Positions 1 to 12,545 of a stretch of DNA of 64,000 nt are shown piece after piece. The first letter of the stretch is position 1; each line of letters starts with the position of its first letter. The notes below the pieces were generated by a model. The model saw only the letters and a program-made list of their open reading frames with translations, had not been told where the DNA came from and ran no database searches. Where the stretch lies: assembly GCA_028023455.1 (NCBI GenBank), contig JAQFVV010000001.1, forward strand, positions 34,348,001 to 34,412,000. The letters are read 5' to 3'. Made by a program: the position numbers and the translations under genes. The DNA comes from Epiperipatus broadwayi. Taxonomy: Eukaryota; Animalia; Onychophora.

Positions 1-1197
1 CTAAAGAATCTACTTTTGTAAAATTACATCTTCATTATATTGGATATGTAAAACAAAGAAACAGTGTAAGACTCCCTTAAAAAAGTGTTTTATGGTGAAT
101 TTTGGGCATGGTTTTTATAGGAGGGATAACTCCCATCTGTGTTATAAGGATTATCTCCAATAAAAAATGTAATGACAAGTCTTTCTATTGGATTGACATG
201 GCAAAGGGTAGAATATATTCAAGAGTTAAAATTAGACATAGTGTTGACATATTTCATAGAGAAAATTTTTTTGCTGAAGAATTTAAGACAACATAGTAAA
301 ATATCAAATAAACAGAAAAATGGCTCAACATATTCTTTATATTGAGATATTTGTGGTTCACAGATCGGTTTGTATTGCAGGGATGAAGTGTCCATGTATT
401 GAACGGAATGAGTGCTTTCATAGAAAAATTCACTTTCAATTTTTTTACCAATAGTTGAATTGTTCTTATATACAGTAAAGAATGAATTTGACTAATGCAT
501 TTTTGATTATAAGAAGTTCAAACAATGCTAAGATCTAATTTACAGATAATGCTTTTAAGAATGCTAAAAAGATTTGGAAGATAACAGTATATTGATAATG
601 TATTCTCTGATTTATAAATAAGAGATTTTAGATTTTTTTAGATGTTTATATATATATTTTAGGCACTATTACATAACAATTGTTGTGGCAAGTGAAATAA
701 AAACATTAAAAAAAAAGTGTGCTTCTGTTCCTAAAAAAAAGTCACACTTCGTCATTTCAAAACTCATTTTTAGAGTAATTCACACCCTTCCCTTTTGAAT
801 GAAAATGTCATACTCATTTATGAGTGTTTAGTATTATAACTTTCTAAGTCATACATATATGCGTAATTCATAGAAATACATATTTTTAAAAAGCACATTT
901 TTTGTTTTAGTTAATTATGTATATAAATTTTTGATATAATGATGTTAATCTATACGACATTAATGAATTATCCTACTGATACGTCTATTTTTGATTTCAC
1001 TTTTTTAAAAAAAAAAAAAAATGATATTGTACTTAATCCAGAATAGAAAAGATTATTAAAACAACTTATTGTATATATATATTAATTTTAAATAATTTGA
1101 TTGTTATTTGTTTGCTTATGTGCATTATAATCTCATTAATATTTTTTTACCTATTTATTTTGATTTATTGATCTGCATACTTATGTCTATATTTTAG

Positions 1198-1285
1198 AAC
1201 ATTTTCATATTTTCGTTGGAGATCTTAGTCCAGAAATTGAAACACAAACACTTCGGGAAGCCTTCGCACCATTTGGAGAGATTTC
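1198..1285 (+). CDS. TIA1: Internal coding exon of a TIA-1/TIAR (nucleolysin, Rox8-like) RNA-binding protein, first part of RRM2
   Basis: Acceptor ttttag at 1192-1197 and donor gtaagt at 1286-1291. The 88-nt exon (phase 1 in, phase 2 out) translates as [30 protein letters not shown], matching the [13 protein letters not shown]...AFAPFG.IS start of RRM2 in TIA-1/TIAR proteins. The symbol is family-level; the paralog is not resolved. Confidence 0.93.
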
Positions 1286-4200
1286 GTAAGTTTTCTAACC
1301 TTTTTTTCCATATTTTATCTTTTGCATTTATTTTGTTTAAAAAATGCTAGCTTTTTTTGTTGTTGTTATTGTTCATATAATTTATGCATGTATCAAACAT
1401 TTGTGTAGATGTTCTTTCATTTTTCTATTTAATATTTATTGTTTTATAATTATATATGTATAGAGTATTTGAACTGGTAAATAATTTGATAAAAAAAAAT
1501 TAATTTAAAACATTTCTGTTGTTGTGAATTTTTGTTTATTGTGTTACTTTTTTTAAAAAAAAAAGAGAGAATTTTTTAGTCAATAAGAGACAATTTATAA
1601 TTGCAGTAATATAGGGAAGGAAGAAAGCAAAACTATCTTATAGAAAATTGTGAAGGAGGAATAAATGAAAAAGGAGAATTTTATCACCATTAACAATGTT
1701 TCTAACTTATAAATATATAATGAAGTGGTTCTTAAAATAAATTTGCCATGGATTTTTTTTTTTAAGATTTCCCATCCTTCCTCATCAAGAAGTCTTATGA
1801 TGTAGAAGAGATTCACATACACAGTACTATTTTAAAAAAAAAAACTGTTTTATCTCTAGACCATAAACAGCTATTTTACTGATAAATCTTTGAATTTGAC
1901 ACTATTGCTTCAGTCACTATAATAACACATGAAAAGAAGAAATGAATAATTTATGAAGTTTGAAGAGAAAAGATGGGTTACATATCAAAGCTTATTGATT
2001 TTTATCATTTTATGTAATCCTGTATTTTTATCTTTAGGAAAGAGAGGGGAGTAGTATTTGTTAAAATATGGAAAAAAGTTTAAAAAAGAAACTGAAAAAT
2101 TATGTTAAAATTATAAAATATGATTATATATATATATTCATTGAGTAAGCTTACTATAGGAAGACATATATAAAACAATAGGAATAAGTTCATCAAAACA
2201 CATTTTTGCTTTAATTGAAGATTAATTCATCAAATTTATTTTAGATTTCAGAGGAACTCTTTTGTAATTAATTAATAATCTCATTCTGTTTCATTTGATC
2301 ATCTATAAAAACATTTTTTTTAAAAAAAAAATTATATCATTAGGTTAAAAATAACTGAGAGGGACAAATATCAATTTATACTTATGAAATAACTTATATA
2401 ACCACAACAATCCGACAAAAATAGCAGGGTTTTTAATATTTTTATTAAATGCTTTAAATTTTGTACATGTGTTAAGTATCAATGACAATACATTTCAGGG
2501 AATCTAACAATATTGATAGGCCAAATTTAAAACATATTGATATCGGCTCAGAATTTTTCAGTGATACATAATAAATGTTTTTTTAAAATAAAAATGAAAT
2601 GCTTTCATTGAATTTCATGACTATTTCACTGAAAAGCTTTTACCATTAATTTAAAGAAAAAGAAATGAAGAGCGAAATCTTAATTTCTTTTGATTGTTTA
2701 AAACTTGCTTTTTTAAAAAAATGTGATACCTTCATAAACTCAAAGCTTTTCTAAACTATTTTTAACATGTGCAAATTTCATTGCAAATACTGAGTGTGCA
2801 ACATTGTTTAAATGTTCAATTTTTAATTCTGAATATGAATCGTCGCAAAAAAAACATTGCAAAGTATCTGAAGAATAAAGTCATTGAATTTGGAAAAACA
2901 ATTATTTTGGATTAAATGAAGCAACCAGAATTGTGGTTGAAGAAAGAAATTATTTTTTGGTTTAATGCATTATTCATGAAATTAAAAATATTTTTTATTA
3001 AATAGTTTTTTATAATTTGTAGTTGATAGAGCCATTCGCAATCAGTATTAATTTTCCACTGAGACTTTTAGCGAATGTCATTGAGAACACTTGGTACCAT
3101 GTAAGAATTAATAATGTTTTTAATGATCATTAGGCAATGTTTCATTTCTCAAAAAGATATTTATACATGGATCTATAATCAACTAAACATTTAATGTTTT
3201 TTTATCACAAAAATATAAATCCGCAAAGTAGTCATATAGTATGACTAATAATGGCTTAAATTTTCAAAACAAATTTGTAGTATTTCTGTGTAGTCAGGCA
3301 TATATATTAGGATGACTGAATAATTATTTAAACAGTTTTAGAAAATGATAATCTATTTGTATAGTATCCATTCATCGTGAATGTACAAAAAAGTAATATA
3401 AGCAATAATAATTTCAGTTAAATAATGTAAGTTCATTTAGTATTTCCAAAGTATTATATGTTTTGTATTATTCATGATAGCTTAATATAATATATAAAAT
3501 GATAAACTAATTGATAGATTAACAATGTTAAGAGTGATTAAACATATGCTTTTCTCCATGTACGATGGCATCTTTAACGAAGATTCACTATAGCAATCAT
3601 TAGTTTGTGTACACTAATTTAATTTGCCATCAGTTATTCGTCTCAATGTTCTTTTTAAAAAATATCCACCTTTTTTTTTTTTAATGACAACAATTTTATA
3701 AAATTGATGATATCATGGATTAGTGAATTTATGAAATCTATGTCATCTGAATAAAATGGCAACATTCACCTAAAAATATGTGTTATAATAAAGGAGATAT
3801 ATTCATTATACACTATAGAATAATTATGTTTGATTATAGAGTTAAAATAGGGTTATTATATTTAATTAATTTTAATTCAGTATCCTTGAAAGTCATTCCG
3901 CACTTTCATTTAGAACATGCAAAGCCATTAACAGCTACAAAAGCATAAAAATACAAATTTCATTCAATGCAATACATAAAAGCATAATTCAATCGCATAT
4001 GATAAAAAAGTGCATTAATAATAAATATTAAAATGTATACATTAGGAAAAGGATATTTATTCAAACAATTACTGATTTAAATTTTTATAAATGCTAATTT
4101 TATTCAAAATAGGAATATTGTCATCCTGAATCTAAATTATTTTCAATAAGATAAAAAGAAAAAATGCTTTTGTGCATAATACAGTTAATAATCAATTTTA

Positions 4201-7200
4201 TACATCAATGGTTATTAAACAAACTGAAATAATTTGTTTTTAATATATTCAAAATAATGGCGCCTTTTATCACAAACATAAAAAAAAAAATACAATTTTG
4301 GCAAAAAAATAAATTTGTATGCAACTACAAAGTATATTAATGATAAATTTTAAAATATGTATATTAGTTCAAATATATTCATTCAGTCAATTTCGAATTA
4401 AATTTTATAAATAAGCAAGTTTTGCTCAAAGTAAAAATGTTATTATCATAAATCTCAGTTATTATTGATAAAAAGAAAAGAAAGTGATTGTATACATTAA
4501 ATAGTTAATAATTAATTTTGTATGATTAAAGGTTATTAAACATAAGTTGAAAATATTTATTTGCTCAATTTTAAATCAGTAATCTCATAATTTGTTTTTG
4601 ACATTCAAGATTATGGCCTTTTTTATTGCAAACTTTAAAAAGTATAGTTTTTGCAAAAAACAAAAAGATTTAATCCTTGACATTATTATAACTGCAACAT
4701 TCAACTGTATTTGTGTAAATTAAATAAATTTGTGAACATTGTTTTTAAAAAAATAATATCCCTGCTGCAAAAATTAAAATGTTATTGGTTAGACAATAAA
4801 AAAAAAAAAGCTTTGGTAATAGAATATAAAATGCACCGAAAACAAGTTTAAAATAATATAATGTTAACTTTTTACACACACCCATGCTTCATTTTAATTT
4901 AATAAATCATAATTCAGGAGACATCATTCTCAGTCTATGTAAGATTCAAAATAGTGGACCATAAAATTGAGAAAATATTGAGGGTTTTTTTTTAAAAAAA
5001 AAAAAAAAATGACTGCAATTGAAATATTTTTATTATGCTACATATTTACTAACAGGCTAGTACTTTATTTATTTTTTTTATTGTTTATTCATTAATTATC
5101 ACTTTTTTTTTTTACTTTATGCTTTTTTTAAATTGTGTTTTTCATTTTTTTTTTTGTATTTTAAATTTAGGGTAAGGTATTAAATTTTTGATTTACAAAG
5201 CATTTTAAGGAACAAATGAGTGAATTCACTGTCCAGAATTAATCTGTAAACTATAAAACAATTTTATTATTTTTAAACATAATTTTTATTTATATTATTT
5301 AATAATTTTCTCTTAGATTTTTTTTTTTTCATTTTTCAAGCGAAAACTAATATATTTGTAGCCAAAATTGAATACGATCTACTGTTAGTATATTTAGTTA
5401 GCAGATAGTGAAATTATTTCTAGGTATGATGATTAATTAACTGCCAGTAACTAATAAATAGTGCAAACCAAAAATGTCTATTGCAGCCATATATGATAAC
5501 ATTAATTCTCAAAAGATTATATTCATGGAATTTATAGATGTATCCATAAAAGGCTAGTGCTTTAAAAATTGGATTTATATAATAATTGATATCTGCCACA
5601 AAAATTATCAACTTTATTTTCAAATTTGTCTTGGGATACTTTTTTCACAAGTAATTTATAGATTTAAAGGCAGATTTTTTAAGGTCTAATAAAGGCTTAA
5701 AAAAATGATTTGTGAATTAAAAATACAAGGAAGTCACAGACATTTGCTCATTATAATTACTTAAGATATTTTTTGATGCATTGACAATCACATATAGATC
5801 TATCATAATCCTATTAAATCAATGAATGATAGATATCCTTCTATATGATGTCAGTTTTGGGTACATCTTATGGAATGAGAATTTGATGATCTTTTAAGTA
5901 ATGTTATAAGAATTTAGGTAAGTATTTTAGCAATATATACATTCTATTGACTGATTTAAGATTTACGATATAAGAACCCATGTATAATTTTAAAAACAAA
6001 AAGGCTGCAAGTCCTAATAGAGTGCCTGTAGAAGTTTTATATTGTGATGGTTATATATTAGCTTTGTGGTTATTATAATTTTTTAGGAATTTGAAATTAA
6101 GAATATTTCTATTTTTCTAATCTGTAAAAATAAGAAATAGAAGAGATTGTAGTTTTGTAAAACATTATAATTATGATTTTTTATTATAAAATGAAAGGTT
6201 CATTTTGCTATGTTTACCAATTCAAATCTGACTTTCAGAATTTTCTTAATCTTTTGATGGCAACATATAGAAACTTTGATTTAGTAACTAAATTTTAAAA
6301 AAAAAACTCAGCAATTTTTTAAGCCTTTTGTCTAAGAAGGATTTTCAGTATTTTTTTTTTATTTTGAAGAGTGTGAACCTTTTTCCCCCATATCTTTTAA
6401 CTCAAAGCATCTGGAAAAATTTTATTTAAGGATGTTTTTACTATCAATTGTTTTGTTTTACAATGTGTTGGATGTAATAATGTCGCTACCTATTGTAAGA
6501 ACATACTTTCATTACAAGTAACATTTGTAGCAAAATTGACCACAATACTTACTTTATTAAAAGAATATTTTATTGTGAACTTGATAATAGTTTTTGTAGG
6601 AGAGGAGATCTGTTTGTATTATAAAGTTAATCTCAAAGCAACTCATAGAAGTGTAAGATTGAGTTTTTATTGGGAGGATTTGGTTTTAGATAAATATATT
6701 AAAAATCTACAATTATGCAAGATATTGAATCTTTCATGGAAAAAAATAGTTTTCTTCAAAGGAAGTAGAAAGCATTATAAGATGTCAGATAGTATCAAGA
6801 AATCTGTGTGGTATATGTTGGAGCATTTGTAATTATAGAATGGTGGATATAACCATCACAATTCACCTTTAATTTTTTATTTATATATATATAATTAGAA
6901 TGTTGCTATTGAGAGAATGAAATTGTTTAAATTTAAGAATGTAGTGAGAAACTTTTTTTTTTTTTTTCAAAATACATAGCATATTTTTTTAAAAAAATTG
7001 GATGTTTTTAGGTGCAATAATCCTTTATGCAAGTGGATAATTTTCACTCAAAAACAGTATACTGAAAAAATGTATAATTTTCAAATGTATTTTTGGAAAA
7101 ATTAATCTTGAAAGTGATATTGCTGTGTCTTTTTTTTTTTTTTTTTGCATTTTTCAGCATTACATACTTACACAAATTATATAAAAATAGCAGTAAAATT

Positions 7201-7534
7201 AATAAATTAACAATGTTTATTAATTATACTTATAAATGATAGAGATTTTTATATAATGAGAATACTATACTAGGCATTTTTATATTGGAAAATATATGCA
7301 GCCATACAATTTTATAATTAAAAATAAAATATTACCACTATGTTCTCAAATACATGGCATACTTATATTTAGATTGTTACTAATTTCCTTCTTTTCTGAG
7401 TCATGTTAATATCTGATAAAAATTAAAATACCCACTGTATATGGCAAAAATATATTGAAAGCATGCTAGACAATAATAAAGCTAAATATTATTTTAAAAA
7501 ACTCTTTTCTGTCTGCATTTTTATTTTACCAGAT

Positions 7535-10325
7535 ATCATCATCATCACCCCTGCACACTTTCTTATTTCATCCATCTCACATGTGGTCTCTTTCTGGGTC
7601 TTTTACAATCTCTTGCAATCCGGTTTAAGATTCAATTGTCCATCTGTTATCATCTCTTCTAGCAATACGTCCAGCCCAACTCCATTTCAGTCTATTAATT
7701 TTTTCAATGAGGTCAGTAACACCTGTTTGTTTGTTTGCGTTTTCGATCTCTCTTCTTGTTACTCACAATATGCATCTCTCCATGCTTCTTTGAATAGTCT
7801 TAAGTCTCTTTATTTCTCTTCTATTATGTGTCCAAGTCTCAGATCCATAAGTAAGAACTGGTAAAACACATTTATTAAAAACCTTCCTTTTCAAACACAT
7901 AGGCATATTTCATTTTAGTATCAACTTATTTCTACCAAAAGCACTCCAACCAAGTTTAATTATATGATTAATTTCATCCATTATTTTCCATCTGTATTAA
8001 TAATCTGCCCTAGGTATTTGTAGTTGTTAACTTCTTCTAATTCATCATAATCAATCTTTATTTTCATATTCTGAGAAAATCCGTGAAACATTACTTTAGT
8101 CTTTTTAGCATTTATCTTTAGTCCTACTTTCATCTGATAATTCCTGCAGCTCTAAAACATTATTTGCAAAAACAACTACATCATCTGCAAAATCTAAATG
8201 ATTTAAATAATCTCCATTTACTTTCACTCCTTTAGCTTCCCATTTTAATACACAAAATACTTCTTGCAGCACTGCTGTAAAATGTTTTCGAGATATGGGG
8301 TCACCTTGTCTTATACCCTTCTCATTGTTGACTTCCCTAATATCATTATGTAATCTAATTGTTGCTGTTGCATTTTTTAAAATATGACAATATCTTGGAT
8401 CTATACCTTGATGATCCAATGCTTTAATCACTGAAGAAATGTTTATAGACTCAAATGCCTTTTCATAATCTACAAATCCAAAGTATAATGGCAACTCATA
8501 TTCATTTGTCCTTTCTATAACTTCTCTCAATACCTGGATATGGTCTACTGTACTAAAACCACTTTTAAATCCAGCTTCTTCTTTTGGTTGGAGGAAATCC
8601 AATGTTCTCTGTGGACGAGTTGTAATTATCTTGGTAAAAATTTTGTATAAAACTGCTAAAATGCTGATATGTCTGTAATTTCTAATATCTACTTCATCAC
8701 CTTTTTTAAATATTAATGCTGCATTCTTCCAATCATCTGGTACATCTTTATCATTTAGACATTTGGTATATAACTTTGCTAAAAAAAAATTTTATTTCTT
8801 CACCTGCTTTTTTTAATATGTCAATTATAATTCCATCATTACCTGGAGCCTTTCCTTTCTTCATAAATTTAATTGCATGTCTCACTTTTTCATTTAAAAT
8901 TCTGGGCAATTCGGAAGATATAATACGTAGATATAGGAGACACTTGTTCTTTATTACTATATAATTCTTGATAAAAGTCTTCTACCTATTGCATGATAAC
9001 ATCTCTCTTTTTAGTAATAATTTCTTCTTCTTTTTTTTATTGCAGATATAAATTTCCTGCGAATACCAAAATGTTGTTTTACACTCTTGAAACTTTTATT
9101 CTCTTCTACACCTTTCCTTGCTAGTTCACAGTTATACTTTCTTATATCATTTTCAACTCTTTTCCGTATCATTTCACAAAATTCGAGATATTCAATCCTT
9201 TTTAATGCATCATTTTTGTATATCTTCATATTCCTTGTTTTCTTCATAAATTTTTTAGTTTCAGTAGAAATTTTATTGGTCAATTGCTGCTTTTTCTATC
9301 AGCTATCTTAGTTGTAGTTTTCAAAAGTGTATCAGTTATTTTCATATTAGTTTCATTCAAATCTGAATCATGTTCAAAATCTACTAATACTTGAAACCGA
9401 TTTGTAAGTTTTAATTTAAATTCATTAGAATGTTTCTGAAGATTAGGAATATCAACTGTAAATATTGTTTTTCTTAATAATTTTTGTCTCTCTAGTTCTG
9501 CATTAACTTACTTCTTATCAATCGATGATCACTTCCTGTGTTAAATTTATTAAGAACATTACAATCTTGAAATATGTATTTTCTGTTAGTCAAAATATAA
9601 TCCAATTCTGCTGTACCTTCATTTGGATGCTTCCATATCCTTTTCCTTTTAATATTTTTTTCAAAAAAAGAATTCATAATATAAAGTTTTTCTTTTTCTG
9701 CAAACTCCACAATTCTATGTGAACTCTCATTTCTATTACCATAACTAAAATTACCTACAGCACTTTCATCTTTCATTTATTTACCAATTCTAGCATTAAA
9801 ATCTCCCATTACAATTTTAAAATGTTGCTTACTCTGCTCAAAAGCCTTTTTCTTTTATACATCCATATAAAAATCTTCTAATACTTCATCACTATAAGAA
9901 CTTGTTGGGCCATAAACCTGAATTATCTGCATTTGGTATCTGCTATTAAGGTATATAACTAATCTTGCCACTCTGTCCAATACACCATCAATCTCCATAA
10001 TGTTGTTCTTCCATGTTTATTTATAATGAATCCTACTCCACTTGTATTTCCAATATTTGTGCCTTTATAATAGAGTACATTTCCACTTTTTAAATCAGTT
10101 GTCTCTTCACCTTTTCTTCTAACTTCACAAAGTCTAATACTGTCCCATTTAATATAAGACAGTTCTTCTAATTCTTACTTTCTTCACTTGAAAGTGATCT
10201 GCAATTGTAAGTATCTAAATAAAAAGTCATCGTCAAATGGCAGCCTGGGTACACAATCAGGGGATTCTTAGCACCTTCGGCCATCAATCACTGCCTTGGT
10301 TCGTGGGTCTTTACAGCCTCCTGGG
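7535..10325 (-). mobile_element. RTE-clade non-LTR retrotransposon, near full length and frameshifted (copy 1)
   Basis: Minus-strand fragments cover the APE endonuclease (...GNFSYGNRNESSHRIVEF, ELDYILT) and the RT (EEAGFKSGFSTVDHI, FVDYEKAFESI, GIRQGDPIS, HLDFADDVV). The element ends in a (GAT)n-type tail, seen as atcatcatcatc at 7535-7546. Confidence 0.93.
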
Positions 10326-10837
10326 AATATGATGCATGATTTATTTTTGTCTGTATTTATTGTATATATCTATTTGAAAAATATTTTATTATTTACACAT
10401 ACATTCATTCTACCTATCAGGCAACTGAGAAGAAAGACTGTGGTGTTTTTTGATCTTAAACTCAGATAAAAACCAATAAACTCACCACGCTGGCTATTGT
10501 GTATTGGTGTGCAGCCCATCCATGTTCTTATACTATATAAATAATCACATAGTAATTTTCCCTGCTCGGTTCCTTTAGATATACTTGTATTTATATAAAA
10601 ATAATTTGATCAACAAAATTATTTAATGAATATGGTTTAATAGCTTTTAAAATAATATTAAAATTGTAGGTAAATTATATTGCTAACTGATTTTTACAAA
10701 ACGTATTTGTTGTAGAATTTAGTGATTGTTTGGATCTTAATTTAATGAGGAAAAGTGTATGTTGTAAATCTATACATTGCATAAACCATGCATTCTGCAG
10801 AAACCTTTTAATTTGTCTCACCAGGGTCACCCATGAG

Positions 10838-12107
10838 TGGGTAAAGATATGGGGATTATATTTAGTGAAGAAAAATCAAATATAATGATGGAGAATACTG
10901 GGGAAAGAGAAGACAAGGATTTCTTATTGGGGGGATATAAAGTTAAGTGTGGTGAATAGATATAGTTATTTGGGAATCATCTTGAGTAATAAGAAAAATT
11001 GCTTGGATGAATGGGAGAAAAAATTGATAAATGAAGCAAAGAAAAGAAAGGGATTGATAAAGAAATTAACAGTGTTTTCATATAATAAATATGATGTAGC
11101 TAGAATTGTATGGAAGGGAGTGGCAGTAGCAGGGTTAACATACGGCAATGATGCGTTATGTGTTAGTAAAGGGGTATTAGATTGCTTAGAAAAAGTACAA
11201 AGGGAAGTAGGAAGACATGCATTAGATGCTGAGATGTGGACAGCAAAGGAGGCAATTCAAGGTGAAATGGGATGGTCAAGTTTTTATATGAGGGATGCAA
11301 AAAGCAAATTGAAAATGTTTGGTAGATTGCAGTTTATGGATAATAAAAGAATAGCCAAAATAGTATTTAATTGGGTTACAAGTAAAGGGCAGGCAACAAG
11401 ATGGGTGAGAAAGGTAAGGCACTATGCAGAAGATTTGGATAAAGAATTTATGTCAGTATACTTGTACAAAAGGTGGGATGATTGTGTTAGGAGGATTGTT
11501 GAGTGTTATAGTGGTAAGGAGTGGGATAGAAGAATAGATGCATTAATAAAGAATAGGGAGTTGGAGAGATGGAGAACTAGTATGGAGAGCAAAGCGAGTT
11601 TAAATATATATGGAAGTAAACAGAACATTGGGTGTGAGTTAATTTATGATAATAGTAAGGAAAGTAGTTTATTGTTTAAAGCTCGAACGGGATCTTTAGC
11701 AACAAGGGAATATACACATAAATGGAAAAATATGGGTGATTTAGTCTGCAAGTTGTGTAAGGAAGGCATAGAAAATATTAGGCATCTGTTACTTCAATGT
11801 AAATGCTTGGAAGCAGAAAGGGTACAAATAATGAAGTTATGGAAGATTAAATATGAACAAAGTGATTATACAGAAAGTGAGTTATTGGTTTTTATGCTAG
11901 GTTTAGGAAAAAATAAGGGGGATTTAGATATGAAGGTCATGGAGTTCACAAAGATTATGTTGTAGAAATGGGATGGAGCAGATTATGGGAAAACTTAGGG
12001 TGGACAATGGAAAAGGAAAGTAAAGTGGATAACAGGTTTCTCTGAGCATAGCTGCTGAGAGATTCCTGACTCCGTTTAAGGAGAAGTCACAGTGCATCAC
12101 ATCACGT
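10838..12107 (+). mobile_element. 5'-truncated non-LTR retrotransposon 3' fragment (RTE-X-like: RT end plus CCHC zinc finger)
   Basis: Upstream codons read GKDMGIIFSEEKSNIM and join the 338-aa ORF by a frameshift. The ORF has RYSYLG (RT motif 7), LTYG...LEKVQREVGR...AIQGEMGW and CKLCKEGIENIRHLLLQC. A short catca-type repeat near 12095-12107 may be the tail. The block is purine-rich and distinct from its flanks. The clade assignment is inference. Confidence 0.85.
10949..11965 (+). pseudogene. Open 338-aa C-terminal part of a LINE ORF2 (RT thumb region plus CCHC zinc finger)
   Basis: ORF track entry. The motifs are those of LINE ORF2 C-termini; the endonuclease and most of the RT core are missing. 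Confidence 0.82.
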
Positions 12108-12444
12108 ATGCTTTGGCTTTAATTCTCCCATTAATTTGCCTGAACATTTTTTTTAGTTTTGAAAATGTTGCTGTTTAGCTTTCTTTTGTTCTCCTGTACT
12201 TATCTATAATGCTATTTCGCCTGTTTTATGGTCATCTTAATGACAGAAACTTTATTGATTTATTTGTGTGATATATATATGAAGGGCAAAAGTTTACAGT
12301 CAGAATAAATTTCAAAGAAAGCAAGCAACAGCTACAAGACTGCTCATTGATTGTGAGGATAATATACTAAAGGTTTTCAAAGTTTATTTTAAATATTTTT
12401 GCTTATTTTTATAAAATATAACATTTTTAAAAAACAAAAATACG

Positions 12445-12545
12445 TCTTGCATTGGTGGTCGAGAGGTCAGCGCGATTATCTTGCACTTGCAGGCAGTTGC
12501 CCGGGTTGCGGGTTTCCATCCTGGCCAATGCTATGACACTTAAAA
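12445..12545 (+). mobile_element. Short tRNA-derived SINE (copy 1)
   Basis: A-box-like TGGTCGAGAGG and B-box-like GGGTTTCCATCC in a GC-rich island. The 3' end tgctatgacac is shared with the copy at 24940. Confidence 0.75.

Noticed and set aside
5060-5180. Long U tract ending tttag-G-gtaagg as a microexon or ratchet site
   Set aside because: It would imply a 1-nt exon, and AG and GT are not adjacent.
7463-7864. 133-aa + strand ORF (and similar 8716-8964, 9087-9311, 9525-9722)
   Set aside because: Antisense shadows of the minus-strand RTE coding sequence.
12445-12545. Possible functional tRNA gene (also 24940-25040)
   Set aside because: No proper acceptor stem, degenerate B boxes, and one copy has an oligo(A) tail and TSD, so these are SINEs.
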